Shown: positions 1 to 8,216, counted from the stretch's first letter. The stretch: DNA of 32,000 nucleotides from Ktedonobacterales bacterium (GCA_030167145.1 CP126532.1:4620001-4652000), one strand, 5' to 3'. Notes: generated from the letters alone by a model not told the origin. Translations and numbers: made by a program.

Positions 1-9
1 AATGAGCAA

Positions 10-38
10 AGTATACTGAGCATCTATCTCTCTGTCAA
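10..38 (-). promoter_or_regulatory. sigma70-type promoter firing leftward out of the window (TTGACA-N17-TATACT)
   Basis: The reverse complement of 10..38 reads TTGACA gagagatagatgctcag TATACT: a perfect -35, a 17-nt spacer and a near-consensus -10. It lies in an AT-rich stretch unlike the GC-rich bulk. Confidence 0.45.
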
Positions 39-66
39 GAGCCTCCGCATATTCGCCTCGCCATCC

Positions 67-95
67 TTGATGATAGTGAACAAATATTCTATACT
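67..95 (+). promoter_or_regulatory. sigma70-type promoter candidate (TTGATG-N17-TATACT), rightward
   Basis: TTGATG at 67..72, a 17-nt spacer, then TATACT at 90..95. It is divergent from the 10..38 promoter. The predicted start is near 103. Confidence 0.35.
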
Positions 96-102
96 GTCGT
101 CT

Positions 103-171
103 AGGAAATAGGAACTCGGTCAGCCAGAGCATCGCGCCGCGCCTCCCACCACGGGATCGCGCGGCGCTTTT
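103..171 (+). ncRNA. candidate ~70-nt small RNA or orphan leader (promoter-to-terminator unit without an ORF)
   Basis: Bounded by the 67..95 promoter candidate and the 134..171 intrinsic terminator. No start codon with an SD lies between them. The terminator loop is C-rich (CUCCCACC). Confidence 0.25.
134..171 (+). terminator. Rho-independent terminator
   Basis: Perfect 9-bp GC stem GCGCCGCGC (134..142) / GCGCGGCGC (159..167), a 16-nt loop, then TTTT (168..171). Confidence 0.6.
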
Positions 172-287
172 GCACTCCCATCTATGATGCGGGCCGACCG
201 TAAACGCATATCCGCTGCTTACCAAGCTACCAGCAAACACCTGTAACCGGGAGCACAGACCTCCATGTATCGCACAACACACACCGG

Positions 288-672
288 CCATATCGGCCAC
301 CGCCCAAATCGTGGCGAAAACGGCGGATTCCTTGCAATGTACAACCGGTTATATCGGGCACTGGTGAGGCGGACATTCCTGTCTGCCCTCGCGCGCATAT
401 CGGCCACTGGTGGGGCGGACATTCCTGTCTGCCAGCGGTCACTCCGGCCACTCCGGCAACTGCACATGTTCGAAATTGCGGCGAAAACGGCGAAGAAATT
501 CCCCCGATCTCCTGTCACGTCCCGTCATTCGCCCCCACCCATCCGCAAAAATCGGCAGAATCGGCAACTTCGGCCACACATCGGCCATATCGGCCATATC
601 GGCCACTCCGGTCATCAGTGGGGCAGATCTTCCTCTCTGCCACCAAGCAAAAATCGGCAGAATCGGAAACTG
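288..672. repeat. intergenic block of nested short direct and tandem repeats
   Basis: catatcggccac occurs at 289, 396 and 595. Tandem 9-mers (a/c)(t/a)atcggcc run over ~566..613. cactccggc occurs twice at 440..457. The 25-mer gcaaaaatcggcagaatcgg(c/a)aact occurs at 545..569 and 647..671 (24/25 identical). gcgaaaacggcg occurs at ~314 and ~480. Confidence 0.85.
351..433 (+). repeat. two adjacent 37-nt direct repeats, each ending in a hairpin GGCGGAC-ATTCCT-GTCTGCC
   Basis: 351..387 and 397..433 are 35/37 identical. The hairpins at 368..387 and 414..433 have a 7-bp stem (one G-T pair) and a 6-nt loop ATTCCT. A degenerate relative, GGCAGA-TCTTCCTC-TCTGCC, lies at 622..641. Confidence 0.9.
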
Positions 673-735
673 CATATGAACCACATATGGTCGGACCGTG
701 CGGAAATCTGCCACTGCCGCCGCGCAGGATGGCGA

Positions 736-741
736 TATACT
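736..741 (+). promoter_or_regulatory. candidate -10 element (TATACTTGGG) upstream of tilS
   Basis: TATACT lies 57 nt upstream of the tilS ATG. The same 10-mer TATACTTGGG recurs upstream of hpt. No convincing -35. Confidence 0.25.
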
Positions 742-797
742 TGGGGTGAGCCGCGCGGCGTCGCCGCGAACGTTCGAGAGGCTGGGGGATAAGGACA

Positions 798-2321
798 ATG
801 GGACGCGCATCAACAGATCAGTATCGGGTCGAACAGATGGTGGCGCGGGCGGCAGCACGCGATGGCCTGTGGCAGCCCGGCGCGCGGCTGGTGCTAGCCG
901 TCTCTGGCGGGCCGGACTCACTCTGCCTGCTGGGGGCGCTGCTGGCCTCGCGCGAGCGTGGAACCGCCTGCGCACCCGGGGATCTCGTGGTGGCGCACCT
1001 CGACCATGCCCTGCGCCCCGATGCCAGCGCCCAGGATGCCGAATGGGTTGCATCGTTCGCCTCAGATCTGGGGCTGCGCTTTGTGCTGGAACGCGCGGAC
1101 GTGCGCGCGCTGGCCCGGCAAGAGCGTCGCTCGCTCGAAGATGCCGCGCGAGTAGCTCGCTACGCCTTCCTGCGCAGAGTAGCGCAGGAAGTAGACGCCG
1201 AACGCATCTGCACCGGCCACACGCAGGACGACCAGGCCGAGACGGTGTTGCTGCATCTCGTGCGGGGCAGCGGGCTGGCCGGGCTGGCGGGCATGCGGCC
1301 ACTGGAAGGCGACGTAGCACGGCCACTGCTCGCGCTGACACGCGCCGACACCGTCGCCTACTGCGCCGCGCGCGGCTGGCAGCCGCTGGCCGACGAGAGC
1401 AACGCCGATCCGCGCTATCTGCGCAACCGCATCCGCCATGAATTGCTGCCACTGTTGGAGCAGTATAACCCCAACGTCCGCGCGACGCTGGCTCGCAATG
1501 CCGCGCTGCTCGCCGCCGATGAGGACTACCTCGACAAGCAGACAGAGGCCGCGTGGCCCGCTGTGGTAACGGCTGAGGACGCGGGCGGTGTCACATTCGC
1601 TCTGGATGCCCTGCGCGCGCAGCCATTGGCGCTGCGTCACCGGCTGCTACGTCGCGCTTGCCAGCGGCTCGTGGGCTACGAGCGCATGCCGGAAGCGCAA
1701 CATCTGGCAGCGGCGGACGATGTGATCGAGCGCAGCCAGAACGGCAAAGCGCTGGATCTCCCTGGCGGGCTGCGGCTGCGGCTCAGCTATCAAACCATGG
1801 CTATCGAGCGACGGACGCGGGATATGGCGGCGCTGGCATTGGCGGGTGGCGACGCGCGTGACGAAGTGCTGGCGCTGCCCATTCCAGGGACGCTAGACCT
1901 GCCGCGTCAGGGCTGGCGGCTGCGCGCCTGGCTGAGCGACCTGCCCCCTGGCAACCACAACGGCGATACCGGGGCCGCAGCCACGCTGCCAGCGTTTTCG
2001 CGCGGGCGCTCCCTCGACGCCGATCTGCGGTTGGCAGAGACGCGCGTCTATCTGGACGCCGATGCGGCAGGCGACGCGCTGATCGTGCGGGCATGGCGTC
2101 CGGGGGATCGGTTCCGTCCGCTGGGGATGAACCATGAGAAGAAGCTGCAAGACTTCTTCTCCGATGCGAAGGTGCCGCGTGAACTGCGCGGACGGCTGCC
2201 ACTCGTCTTCGGGCGCGATTACCTGCTCTGGGTCGCGGGCATGCGCATTGACGACCGTGCGCGGGTGACACCGCAGACACGCCGCGTACTGGTCTTGCAG
2301 ATTGAACCGCTGGCGGAGTGA
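798..2321 (+). CDS. tilS: tRNA(Ile)-lysidine synthetase
   Basis: N-terminal PP-loop motif LAVSGGPDSLCLL. Length of 507 aa is right, with a C-terminal TilS substrate-binding-like region. Classic synteny with hpt immediately downstream. An alternative ATG at 837 is possible. Confidence 0.9.
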   Translation: MGRASTDQYRVEQMVARAAARDGLWQPGARLVLAVSGGPDSLCLLGALLASRERGTACAPGDLVVAHLDHALRPDASAQDAEWVASFASDLGLRFVLERADVRALARQERRSLEDAARVARYAFLRRVAQEVDAERICTGHTQDDQAETVLLHLVRGSGLAGLAGMRPLEGDVARPLLALTRADTVAYCAARGWQPLADESNADPRYLRNRIRHELLPLLEQYNPNVRATLARNAALLAADEDYLDKQTEAAWPAVVTAEDAGGVTFALDALRAQPLALRHRLLRRACQRLVGYERMPEAQHLAAADDVIERSQNGKALDLPGGLRLRLSYQTMAIERRTRDMAALALAGGDARDEVLALPIPGTLDLPRQGWRLRAWLSDLPPGNHNGDTGAAATLPAFSRGRSLDADLRLAETRVYLDADAAGDALIVRAWRPGDRFRPLGMNHEKKLQDFFSDAKVPRELRGRLPLVFGRDYLLWVAGMRIDDRARVTPQTRRVLVLQIEPLAE

Positions 2322-2359
2322 TGGGCGTATTGAGCGGCAGCCGCCCTCGCGCGGTACGG

Positions 2360-2365
2360 TATACT
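2360..2365 (+). promoter_or_regulatory. candidate -10 element (TATACTTGGG) upstream of hpt
   Basis: TATACT followed by TGGG, 86 nt upstream of the hpt ATG, duplicating the motif at 736. Confidence 0.2.
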
Positions 2366-2450
2366 TGGGAAGAGTGTCGCGATGGTCCGCTAACTTCGCA
2401 CACGGCGCGGTCTGTGGCGGGAAGACGTATCAACCAACAAGGGGTAGGGC

Positions 2451-3008
2451 ATGGCGATCTCCAGCAATATGCACGACGACATCGAAGAGACGCTGATTAG
2501 TGAGGCCGATTTGCAGGCGCGTGTGCGCGAGTTGGCGGCGGCAATCCAGCGGGACTACGCGGGCAAAGACCTGGTGCTGCTGGGCATTCTGCGCGGGGCG
2601 ATCATGTTTATGACCGATCTCGCCCGCCAGTTGAGTATGCCGCTGAACATGGATTTCATGGCCATCAGCAGCTATGGCAACGCGACAGAGTCGAGCGGCG
2701 TGGTGCGTATTCTGAAGGATCTGGATGACGCCATCGAGCACAAGCACGTGCTCATCGTCGAAGACATCATTGATACCGGCCTGACCCTGCGCTACCTGAT
2801 GGAAATATTGGAGAATCGCAACCCCGCGAGTCTGGCGGTCTGCGCGCTGCTGGATAAGGTGAAGGAGCGCGAGAAGCTGATTGCGCCGATGTACACCGGC
2901 TTCGAGATTCCCGACCGTTTCGTGGTGGGCTATGGGCTGGACTTCGCGCAGAAGTATCGCAACCTGCCGTATATCGGCGTGCTCAAGCCAAGCGTATATA
3001 GCGAATAA
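2451..3008 (+). CDS. hpt: hypoxanthine phosphoribosyltransferase
   Basis: PRPP-binding motif VLIVEDIIDTGLTL, a typical 185-aa length, and FVVGYGLDF near the C-terminus. It follows tilS. Confidence 0.92.
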   Translation: MAISSNMHDDIEETLISEADLQARVRELAAAIQRDYAGKDLVLLGILRGAIMFMTDLARQLSMPLNMDFMAISSYGNATESSGVVRILKDLDDAIEHKHVLIVEDIIDTGLTLRYLMEILENRNPASLAVCALLDKVKEREKLIAPMYTGFEIPDRFVVGYGLDFAQKYRNLPYIGVLKPSVYSE

Positions 3009-3097
3009 GGCGGTCGCCCGGTGCGATCTCACCACCCATGCGCCCATCGTGCCAGATGTTCCCGCGCCAGCCGTCATGCCCGCCCAATAGGCAGCCG

Positions 3098-3634
3098 CTA
3101 GCGCTCGTTTCGCTTCGGCCACCAGCGTAGCAGCGTGCTGCCATCAGTGAAGCCCAGCGGCAGCAACGCGCCCAAGCCAAGGACCAGCAGGTTATCCAGA
3201 AAGGCGAAGATCAGCACCCACTCGAACGGTCCCGCGACCGAACGCAGCGCTAGCGCCAGAATGCCCGCCACCATCGCCAGCGCCAGACTCGCGGGCACGC
3301 CGCCCAGCGCCCGGCGGACATGCACCGTGCCCGGCAGCGGCGGCTCATCGGCCGGATATACAGTGGCGCTGAACACGCCCCAGAACTGGATGCCAATTGC
3401 CGGGTATCCAGTACGGCGAGCGGCAGTGATATGCCCCAGTTGATGCACCAGGTCCGAGAGCCAGTGAACGACGACAACCATCAGCGCGCCTACCACCGCC
3501 GTTCCGAATGGCTGGCGCAGCGCCAGCCATGCAAATCCCGCTGCCAGCACGAAGACCAGCGCCACACCGCCTAAAGCCGAAGGTCGCGCACTCAGCCGCG
3601 TCCCCACCACCGTACCAAGAGGAATCTCCTTCAT
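3098..3634 (-). CDS. S2P/M50-like polytopic membrane protein with a degenerate active site (HQLGH)
   Basis: Several hydrophobic helices. DLVHQLGHITAARRTGYP resembles the M50 HExxH helix, and LLPLGFTDGSTLL resembles the NxxPxxxLDG motif. It starts 15 nt downstream of the mazG stop, with an SD (GAGG). Confidence 0.6.
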   Translation of the reverse strand: MKEIPLGTVVGTRLSARPSALGGVALVFVLAAGFAWLALRQPFGTAVVGALMVVVVHWLSDLVHQLGHITAARRTGYPAIGIQFWGVFSATVYPADEPPLPGTVHVRRALGGVPASLALAMVAGILALALRSVAGPFEWVLIFAFLDNLLVLGLGALLPLGFTDGSTLLRWWPKRNER

Positions 3635-3649
3635 CGCCGGTGCCTCGTT

Positions 3650-5188
3650 CTAGGCCGTCGCCGCCTTCGCCGCGTCCCACCAGCGCAGCCATTCGTCCAG
3701 GGTGAGCGTATCCAGCGCGCGGCCTTCGCGCCGCGCCTGCGCCTCCATTGCCTCGAAGCGGCGGCGGAAGCGTTTCGTCGTCCCGCGCAGCGCCTCTTCG
3801 GGGTCCAGCTTCAGGTGCCGCGCCAGCGCCACAATGGTAAAGAGCAGATCACCCAGTTCCCACCGCAACTCATCGTCGCTGCCACTGGCCCGCGCCGCCG
3901 CCAGTTCGCGCGCCTCCTCGCTAATCTTCTCAAGCGCGCCCTCAGTCTCCGGCCACGCAAAACCAACCTTCGCCGCCTTCTTCACCAACTCATACGCCTG
4001 ATACAGCGCCGGTGCGCTCGGCGGTATGCCTCGCAGCGCACTCTCCACTGTTACATCCTCGCCCCGCGCCTCGCGCTCGGTCTGCTTGATCGCCTCCCAG
4101 TTGCGCACCACATGCGCGGCGTCCCGCACCGCCACATCTCCGAAGACATGCGGATGGCGGCGGATCAGCTTCTCGGTAATGCCCTGGTAGACATCCCCAA
4201 TGTGAAACAGGTCTTCCTGGTCGGCCACCTCGGCTTGCAGATACACTTGCAGCAGCAGATCCCCCAACTCCTCGGCCAGATGCTCTGCCTGTTCCGGGCT
4301 GCCGTCCCATTCGTCCAGCACGTCGGCCACCTCATACGCCTCTTCCAGCACGTATTTCTTGAGGGACTGGTGTGTCTGCTCGCGGTCCCACGGGCAGCCA
4401 TCCGGGGCGCGCAGCCGCTGCACGATATAGCGCAGCCCTTCGGGCGCCCGCACCGCCGCCAGCGGATCGAGCGGTGGCACGTAGATCGTGGTCAGGTGGT
4501 CGGCACGCTCGCCGCGATCCAGTTCTATCACCGGCGCCCACTCCACCGTCTCTTCACCCGGCATGCCCGCCCAGCGCACCACCGCCACCTCCCAATCATC
4601 GGGGTACAGTTCAGTCAGAGCCAGCTTCACGCCACTGAGCAGCCGCCGGTTATACGCCTGCGCGATCATCATCGGATGCGTCGGCAGCAGTTCGCCCATC
4701 AGCGCGGGCGCGGCCACCTCCGCCAGAAGCGTCGCGTCCACCAGTTGCAGGTCGCGCGCCAGCGGGTCAATATCCAGCGCCGCGCAGACCGGCTCTAAGA
4801 ACGACAGCCCCGCCACCAGCCGGACGTTGGTATCATGCTCGCTGGCATGCTGGCGCAGGTAGCGCACCGACTCCTCGGCGATCAGCGGATGACCGGGGAC
4901 CGCATAGACCAGCGGCTGCCCCGCCGGCTGTTCGGCGGCCAGGACGAAGAGCCGCTCAGCCATGCGCGGGTAGAGTTCGGCGAAGTTCTCGGCGCTCTCA
5001 TACAGCGCGTCGAAGGATTCGAGGGCCAAGCCGGGCTGGCGCTCGCGCAGCGCATCCACAGTGGGGTGGCGCAGCGTCCGGCACAGCACCATCGCGGCGG
5101 ACTCCAGCACGTCGCGCGCCTCCAATGTCAGGTCTTCCCAGCGCCCCGGACCCAATCCGACGACGACGATGCTGTGTTCCCCGGCCAT
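3650..5188 (-). CDS. mazG: nucleoside triphosphate pyrophosphohydrolase MazG with an N-terminal tetrapyrrole-methylase-like domain (YabN type)
   Basis: N-terminus IVVVGLGPG, with a methylase-like fold region. Tandem MazG repeats follow (EEAYEVADVL.., ELGDLLLQV.., EEARELAAA.., ELGDLLFTIV). The start was moved to the ATG at 5188 (MAGEHS), preceded by AGGAG. Confidence 0.88.
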   Translation of the reverse strand: MAGEHSIVVVGLGPGRWEDLTLEARDVLESAAMVLCRTLRHPTVDALRERQPGLALESFDALYESAENFAELYPRMAERLFVLAAEQPAGQPLVYAVPGHPLIAEESVRYLRQHASEHDTNVRLVAGLSFLEPVCAALDIDPLARDLQLVDATLLAEVAAPALMGELLPTHPMMIAQAYNRRLLSGVKLALTELYPDDWEVAVVRWAGMPGEETVEWAPVIELDRGERADHLTTIYVPPLDPLAAVRAPEGLRYIVQRLRAPDGCPWDREQTHQSLKKYVLEEAYEVADVLDEWDGSPEQAEHLAEELGDLLLQVYLQAEVADQEDLFHIGDVYQGITEKLIRRHPHVFGDVAVRDAAHVVRNWEAIKQTEREARGEDVTVESALRGIPPSAPALYQAYELVKKAAKVGFAWPETEGALEKISEEARELAAARASGSDDELRWELGDLLFTIVALARHLKLDPEEALRGTTKRFRRRFEAMEAQARREGRALDTLTLDEWLRWWDAAKAATA

Positions 5189-5317
5189 GCCTTCACTCCT
5201 GCTGTTCACTATGCCACCTGGATTTGTAGCGGTTGCCGCGCGCCGACCAGCCCACGAGCGCCCATCCTTCATTATATCTGCTCAGGGCCGGGACATCGGC
5301 AAAGCGCCTCATATGTG

Positions 5318-5326
5318 TGCTACACT
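5318..5326 (+). promoter_or_regulatory. extended -10 candidate TGcTACACT
   Basis: TGn plus TACACT, 40 nt upstream of the 5366 ORF. It belongs to the same motif class as 10924, 13434, 14598 and 19580. Confidence 0.3.
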
Positions 5327-5365
5327 ACATGCGGGTAGTCTGCCTTTGAGGGATCTCAACAATGG

Positions 5366-5677
5366 ATGTTGGGAGTGAAACATTCGGGTGGAAGCACGCA
5401 CACCCAGCCCTCACGATCACGTGCGGAAATGCGATTCACTTCCTGGGGAATCGAGTTTTCTTGTGAGGATCTGATCGAAGCAGGGGCGATGCGAAGATGC
5501 TGCCCCCAATGTCATGGATGGGGAGAGTGGGCAGAGAATCCCGCTGGGGTGGTGATACACACACTCCCAAATGGGAATTGGTTATGCTGCTGTTGTGGGT
5601 ATCCAGACCATAAGCCCGACAGATGGACAATCAAGAAGCTGAATGCCTGGCGGCGGGCTGTGCGCAGGGCACGCTAG
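5366..5677 (+). CDS. hypothetical small Cys-rich protein (possible zinc ribbon); start uncertain
   Basis: The ORF carries CCPQC...CCCCGYPDH and a basic tail. It lies in a visibly lower-GC islet and has A/T-ending codons atypical for this window. Alternative starts are at 5429 or 5489. No strong SD. Confidence 0.3.
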   Translation: MLGVKHSGGSTHTQPSRSRAEMRFTSWGIEFSCEDLIEAGAMRRCCPQCHGWGEWAENPAGVVIHTLPNGNWLCCCCGYPDHKPDRWTIKKLNAWRRAVRRAR

Positions 5678-5759
5678 TGATACTCTCAGGCTTCTTCCAA
5701 TAGCCTCCCTCCCGATACGAGAGAGAGGTGTACAAGGTGTTCGCGCGGCGCAGTGCAGC

Positions 5760-6773
5760 CTATTGTTGTGGTTGCTGAGATTGCTGTGGCTGTTCGTTGG
5801 TGGCGGGGGCGATATGGTAAGCGATCTTGGCGTCGTGGCGCACATCGTCGGCAAGCCACGCTGCGAACGCCGCCTGTTGCTGCTGGCTGTTGCTAATGCC
5901 CTTCAGGGGCGCATCGCTAATCTGCGACACCTCGAAGAGCACATACTGGCCATTGGCCGACAAGATGAAGTAGCGCGGCTTGTCGCTGCCCTTTGGATAC
6001 GTGTTCTTCGCCGCGCACCCAGCAGCAGTGGTTGCCGGATTGACCCCCGCGAAGGCAATCTTGTCGAAGTCAGGCAGCGCCGTAGCGAACTGACCAACGT
6101 AGACCGTGCCGAACTCGCCGCCGTTCGGGGCACTCTGCGTATCGAGCGAATTGGCCTTGGCAAGCTCGCCAAAGTCCGCGCCGCTCTGCACCTGTTGCAG
6201 CAATTGCTGCGCCTGATCCTGCTTCGCCACTTCGATCACTCGCACATGGGCGCTCGGCACGCTCACCGCACCCATCAGCGCGTCCTGATACGATTCCTGG
6301 TTGACGAAGATGTTCTGCAAGTCCGGCGTCAGCGAGTCCAGCACTGGCGCGAGCGACGGATCTTGCTTGATCGCCTGTTTCCCCTGCGCGATGCTCTGCG
6401 CGATCTGCTTGCGCAGCGTCACCCGTTGCGCCGACGTGATATGCAGATTGCAAGCCGCGACCTGTTGGCGCATCAACTCCGTATTCACCAGGAAGTCCAG
6501 GCTGCCCTGCTGCGCGCTGGCCAGCCCAGGACGGCCATTCGGCGATTGCCAGTCCGTCGCGGTGGACTGCCGCCCCGCGTTGGCGATGTCGTATGTCTGC
6601 ACCGCCAGGTAATCGTTCAACGAGATGCCCTGGCCATTCACCGTCGCGGCGTAGAGTGGACCGGAGCCATTGCCCGCGCCACAGCCTGTCAGCAGCAACA
6701 CGGAAAGCAGCGCGCCAAGCGCCAGAGGCAACGACAGTCGCCGGAAACCGGCGGGCAAACGGAATATCCGCAT
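5760..6773 (-). CDS. parvulin-type peptidyl-prolyl isomerase lipoprotein (PpiC/SurA-like)
   Basis: Signal peptide plus lipobox LLLTGCG. Parvulin-like segment HVRVIEVA...SGADFGELAKANSLDTQSAPNGGEFG. Q/P-rich C-terminal tail. The start was set at ATG 6773 (MRIFRLPAG), with an SD (GAGG). Confidence 0.8.
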   Translation of the reverse strand: MRIFRLPAGFRRLSLPLALGALLSVLLLTGCGAGNGSGPLYAATVNGQGISLNDYLAVQTYDIANAGRQSTATDWQSPNGRPGLASAQQGSLDFLVNTELMRQQVAACNLHITSAQRVTLRKQIAQSIAQGKQAIKQDPSLAPVLDSLTPDLQNIFVNQESYQDALMGAVSVPSAHVRVIEVAKQDQAQQLLQQVQSGADFGELAKANSLDTQSAPNGGEFGTVYVGQFATALPDFDKIAFAGVNPATTAAGCAAKNTYPKGSDKPRYFILSANGQYVLFEVSQISDAPLKGISNSQQQQAAFAAWLADDVRHDAKIAYHIAPATNEQPQQSQQPQQ

Positions 6774-7044
6774 GAGCAACCTCGCATGATGGGCAGCGCA
6801 ACATACCACGCCGCGCGACAGACGCTATCTTGCCGATGGTAACACGGCATCGGCGGACCGTCAAACAGGTCGTACCCATACTGAGACGAGGGATGAGGCG
6901 GTGAAAGCACAGTCGAAGGAAGGAAATCGGCTAGATGCTCCAGTTTCAACCCACACGTGGCCGCCAGCGGCGCGCAGACTCCCCACCAGGGCAGGCAATT
7001 GTTCCACCCGCCGCACCCAAACGAGCATCCTGGCGCAACGAGAC

Positions 7045-7497
7045 TCAGTGCCGACTGCCACCGCTCGCGGGCGCCTGTGGTCGGCGTTCCGTCGCTGCCT
7101 GGGCTGCCTGCGCATGTGAGGTGGACCATACGTCGTCGGCGCGCGCCAGCGCCTCGAAGTTCTCCCACAGCGCCGGATTCTTGGCCCCTGCTCGCTCACC
7201 CAGCGCAATATCTTTGAGCCGGTCCCATTGGTGGCGCACCGCCAGCCAGTCGAAGAGCAAATCTTCATTGATTAGCCCGTGCTTGTGGAGCGTGCCCACC
7301 GTCTCGTAAAAGCCCAGAACCCTGCGCACCTGGCTATATTCTCTGCTGCCGCGTGGATGCTTCTTCAGAAACTCCGTATGGTTCGCAATGAACTGATCGC
7401 TTAAAAGGTAGTTGAACGCCTCATCCATCTCCGGGGTTGAACCTGCCTGATAGAGTTGCACAACCAGGTTTGCGTCTTGCTGCGTTGGCTTTGGCAT
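7045..7497 (-). CDS. hypothetical protein (150 aa)
   Basis: Strong SD (AAGGAG 7 nt before the ATG) and host-like codon usage. No family recognised. Confidence 0.6.
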   Translation of the reverse strand: MPKPTQQDANLVVQLYQAGSTPEMDEAFNYLLSDQFIANHTEFLKKHPRGSREYSQVRRVLGFYETVGTLHKHGLINEDLLFDWLAVRHQWDRLKDIALGERAGAKNPALWENFEALARADDVWSTSHAQAAQAATERRPQAPASGGSRH

Positions 7498-7658
7498 CGG
7501 TTGCTCCTTGTCGTCTCGCGGCTGCCGCGCCTACCTTGGCGCGGCGCACGTGCTGCCAGTCTGGAAAGGAAGGCACTACCGATTGTTGTCTGTACATGTC
7601 CGTTCTACGACACCACTGTCATGCCGGAGCGCAAGCTCTCACTTCCGGCAGACGCGCA

Positions 7659-8216
7659 TTATGCCTGGCTGACCCCTTGGCTCGCCCGCCAATCTGCCAG
7701 CAGCGTTCCCACCTGCGCGACGTGCTCGTTATAGTGGTCCGTGAGCCAGTCCAGGATGTCGCGGCATGAGGTGGGATAGGGCTGTGGCGCTGGCGGATAG
7801 ATCACCAACGCCTGCCGGGCAAAGGTCACCGGGTCAAGCGCCGCCGCGCGCTGGCGCACCCGCTGGTGCTCCATCTCCAACTCCGCAAGCATACGCGCCC
7901 GGTCCGCGCCGGTGGGCCGTGCCGCGGTAATCTCCGCGTGCCGCTCTGGCTTGATATACTCCGCTTCGGACGTGGTAGCCAGGTCGAGCGGCGCATAGTC
8001 TGTTTCTTCGATCAGTTCGAGCACGCCCATATAGTGGTGCATCGGATCCAGCAGGTGCATCGGCAGCACCCCCAGCGCATAGTCTTCACCCGGTGGCACA
8101 TAGGGCAGCGCCGCATCAGGCGCCTGGGCAAAAGCGGCAAGGAAATCCTCATAGGCGCGGTCGAAGGCGGCGATGCTCGCGGTTTGTGCAGCAGCCTGTT
8201 GCGATACGCTGGTCAA
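7659..8216 (-). CDS. DinB-family (DinB_2 / mycothiol-maleylpyruvate-isomerase N-terminal-like) protein
   Basis: Helical ~185-aa protein with His-containing motifs (LPMHLLDPMHHY, TDHYNEHVAQV) typical of the DinB metal triad. TTG start with GAGGA upstream. Confidence 0.5.
   Translation of the reverse strand: MTSVSQQAAAQTASIAAFDRAYEDFLAAFAQAPDAALPYVPPGEDYALGVLPMHLLDPMHHYMGVLELIEETDYAPLDLATTSEAEYIKPERHAEITAARPTGADRARMLAELEMEHQRVRQRAAALDPVTFARQALVIYPPAPQPYPTSCRDILDWLTDHYNEHVAQVGTLLADWRASQGVSQA

Noticed and set aside
1-111. Frame-1 open reading frame running in from the window edge to TAG at 109..111, possibly the 3' end of a gene served by the 134..171 terminator
   Set aside because: The stretch is AT-rich and contains two well-spaced promoter-like hexamer pairs, which fits intergenic DNA better. 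This cannot be excluded without the upstream sequence.
288-672. Possibility that the repeat block is a CRISPR array
   Set aside because: The repeat units have different lengths (9, 25 and 37 nt) and irregular spacing, with only two near-identical copies each. No cas genes are present in the window.
265-792. 175-aa plus-strand ORF containing HIGHIGHIGHSGH
   Set aside because: It lies entirely within the repeat block. The periodic peptide is just the 9-nt tandem repeat read in frame. There is no SD and the sequence is low-complexity and Arg-rich. It overlaps equally long ORFs on the other strand.
439-1452. 337-aa minus-strand ORF antisense to tilS (and the 698..1441 plus-strand alternate frame)
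   Set aside because: It is an Arg/Ala/Pro-rich shadow ORF typical of GC-rich DNA. The tilS frame carries the PP-loop motif and explains the region.
5643-6842. 399-aa plus-strand ORF antisense to the PPIase lipoprotein gene
   Set aside because: It has shadow-ORF composition (Arg/Leu-rich) and no motifs. The minus-strand frame has a lipobox and a parvulin domain.
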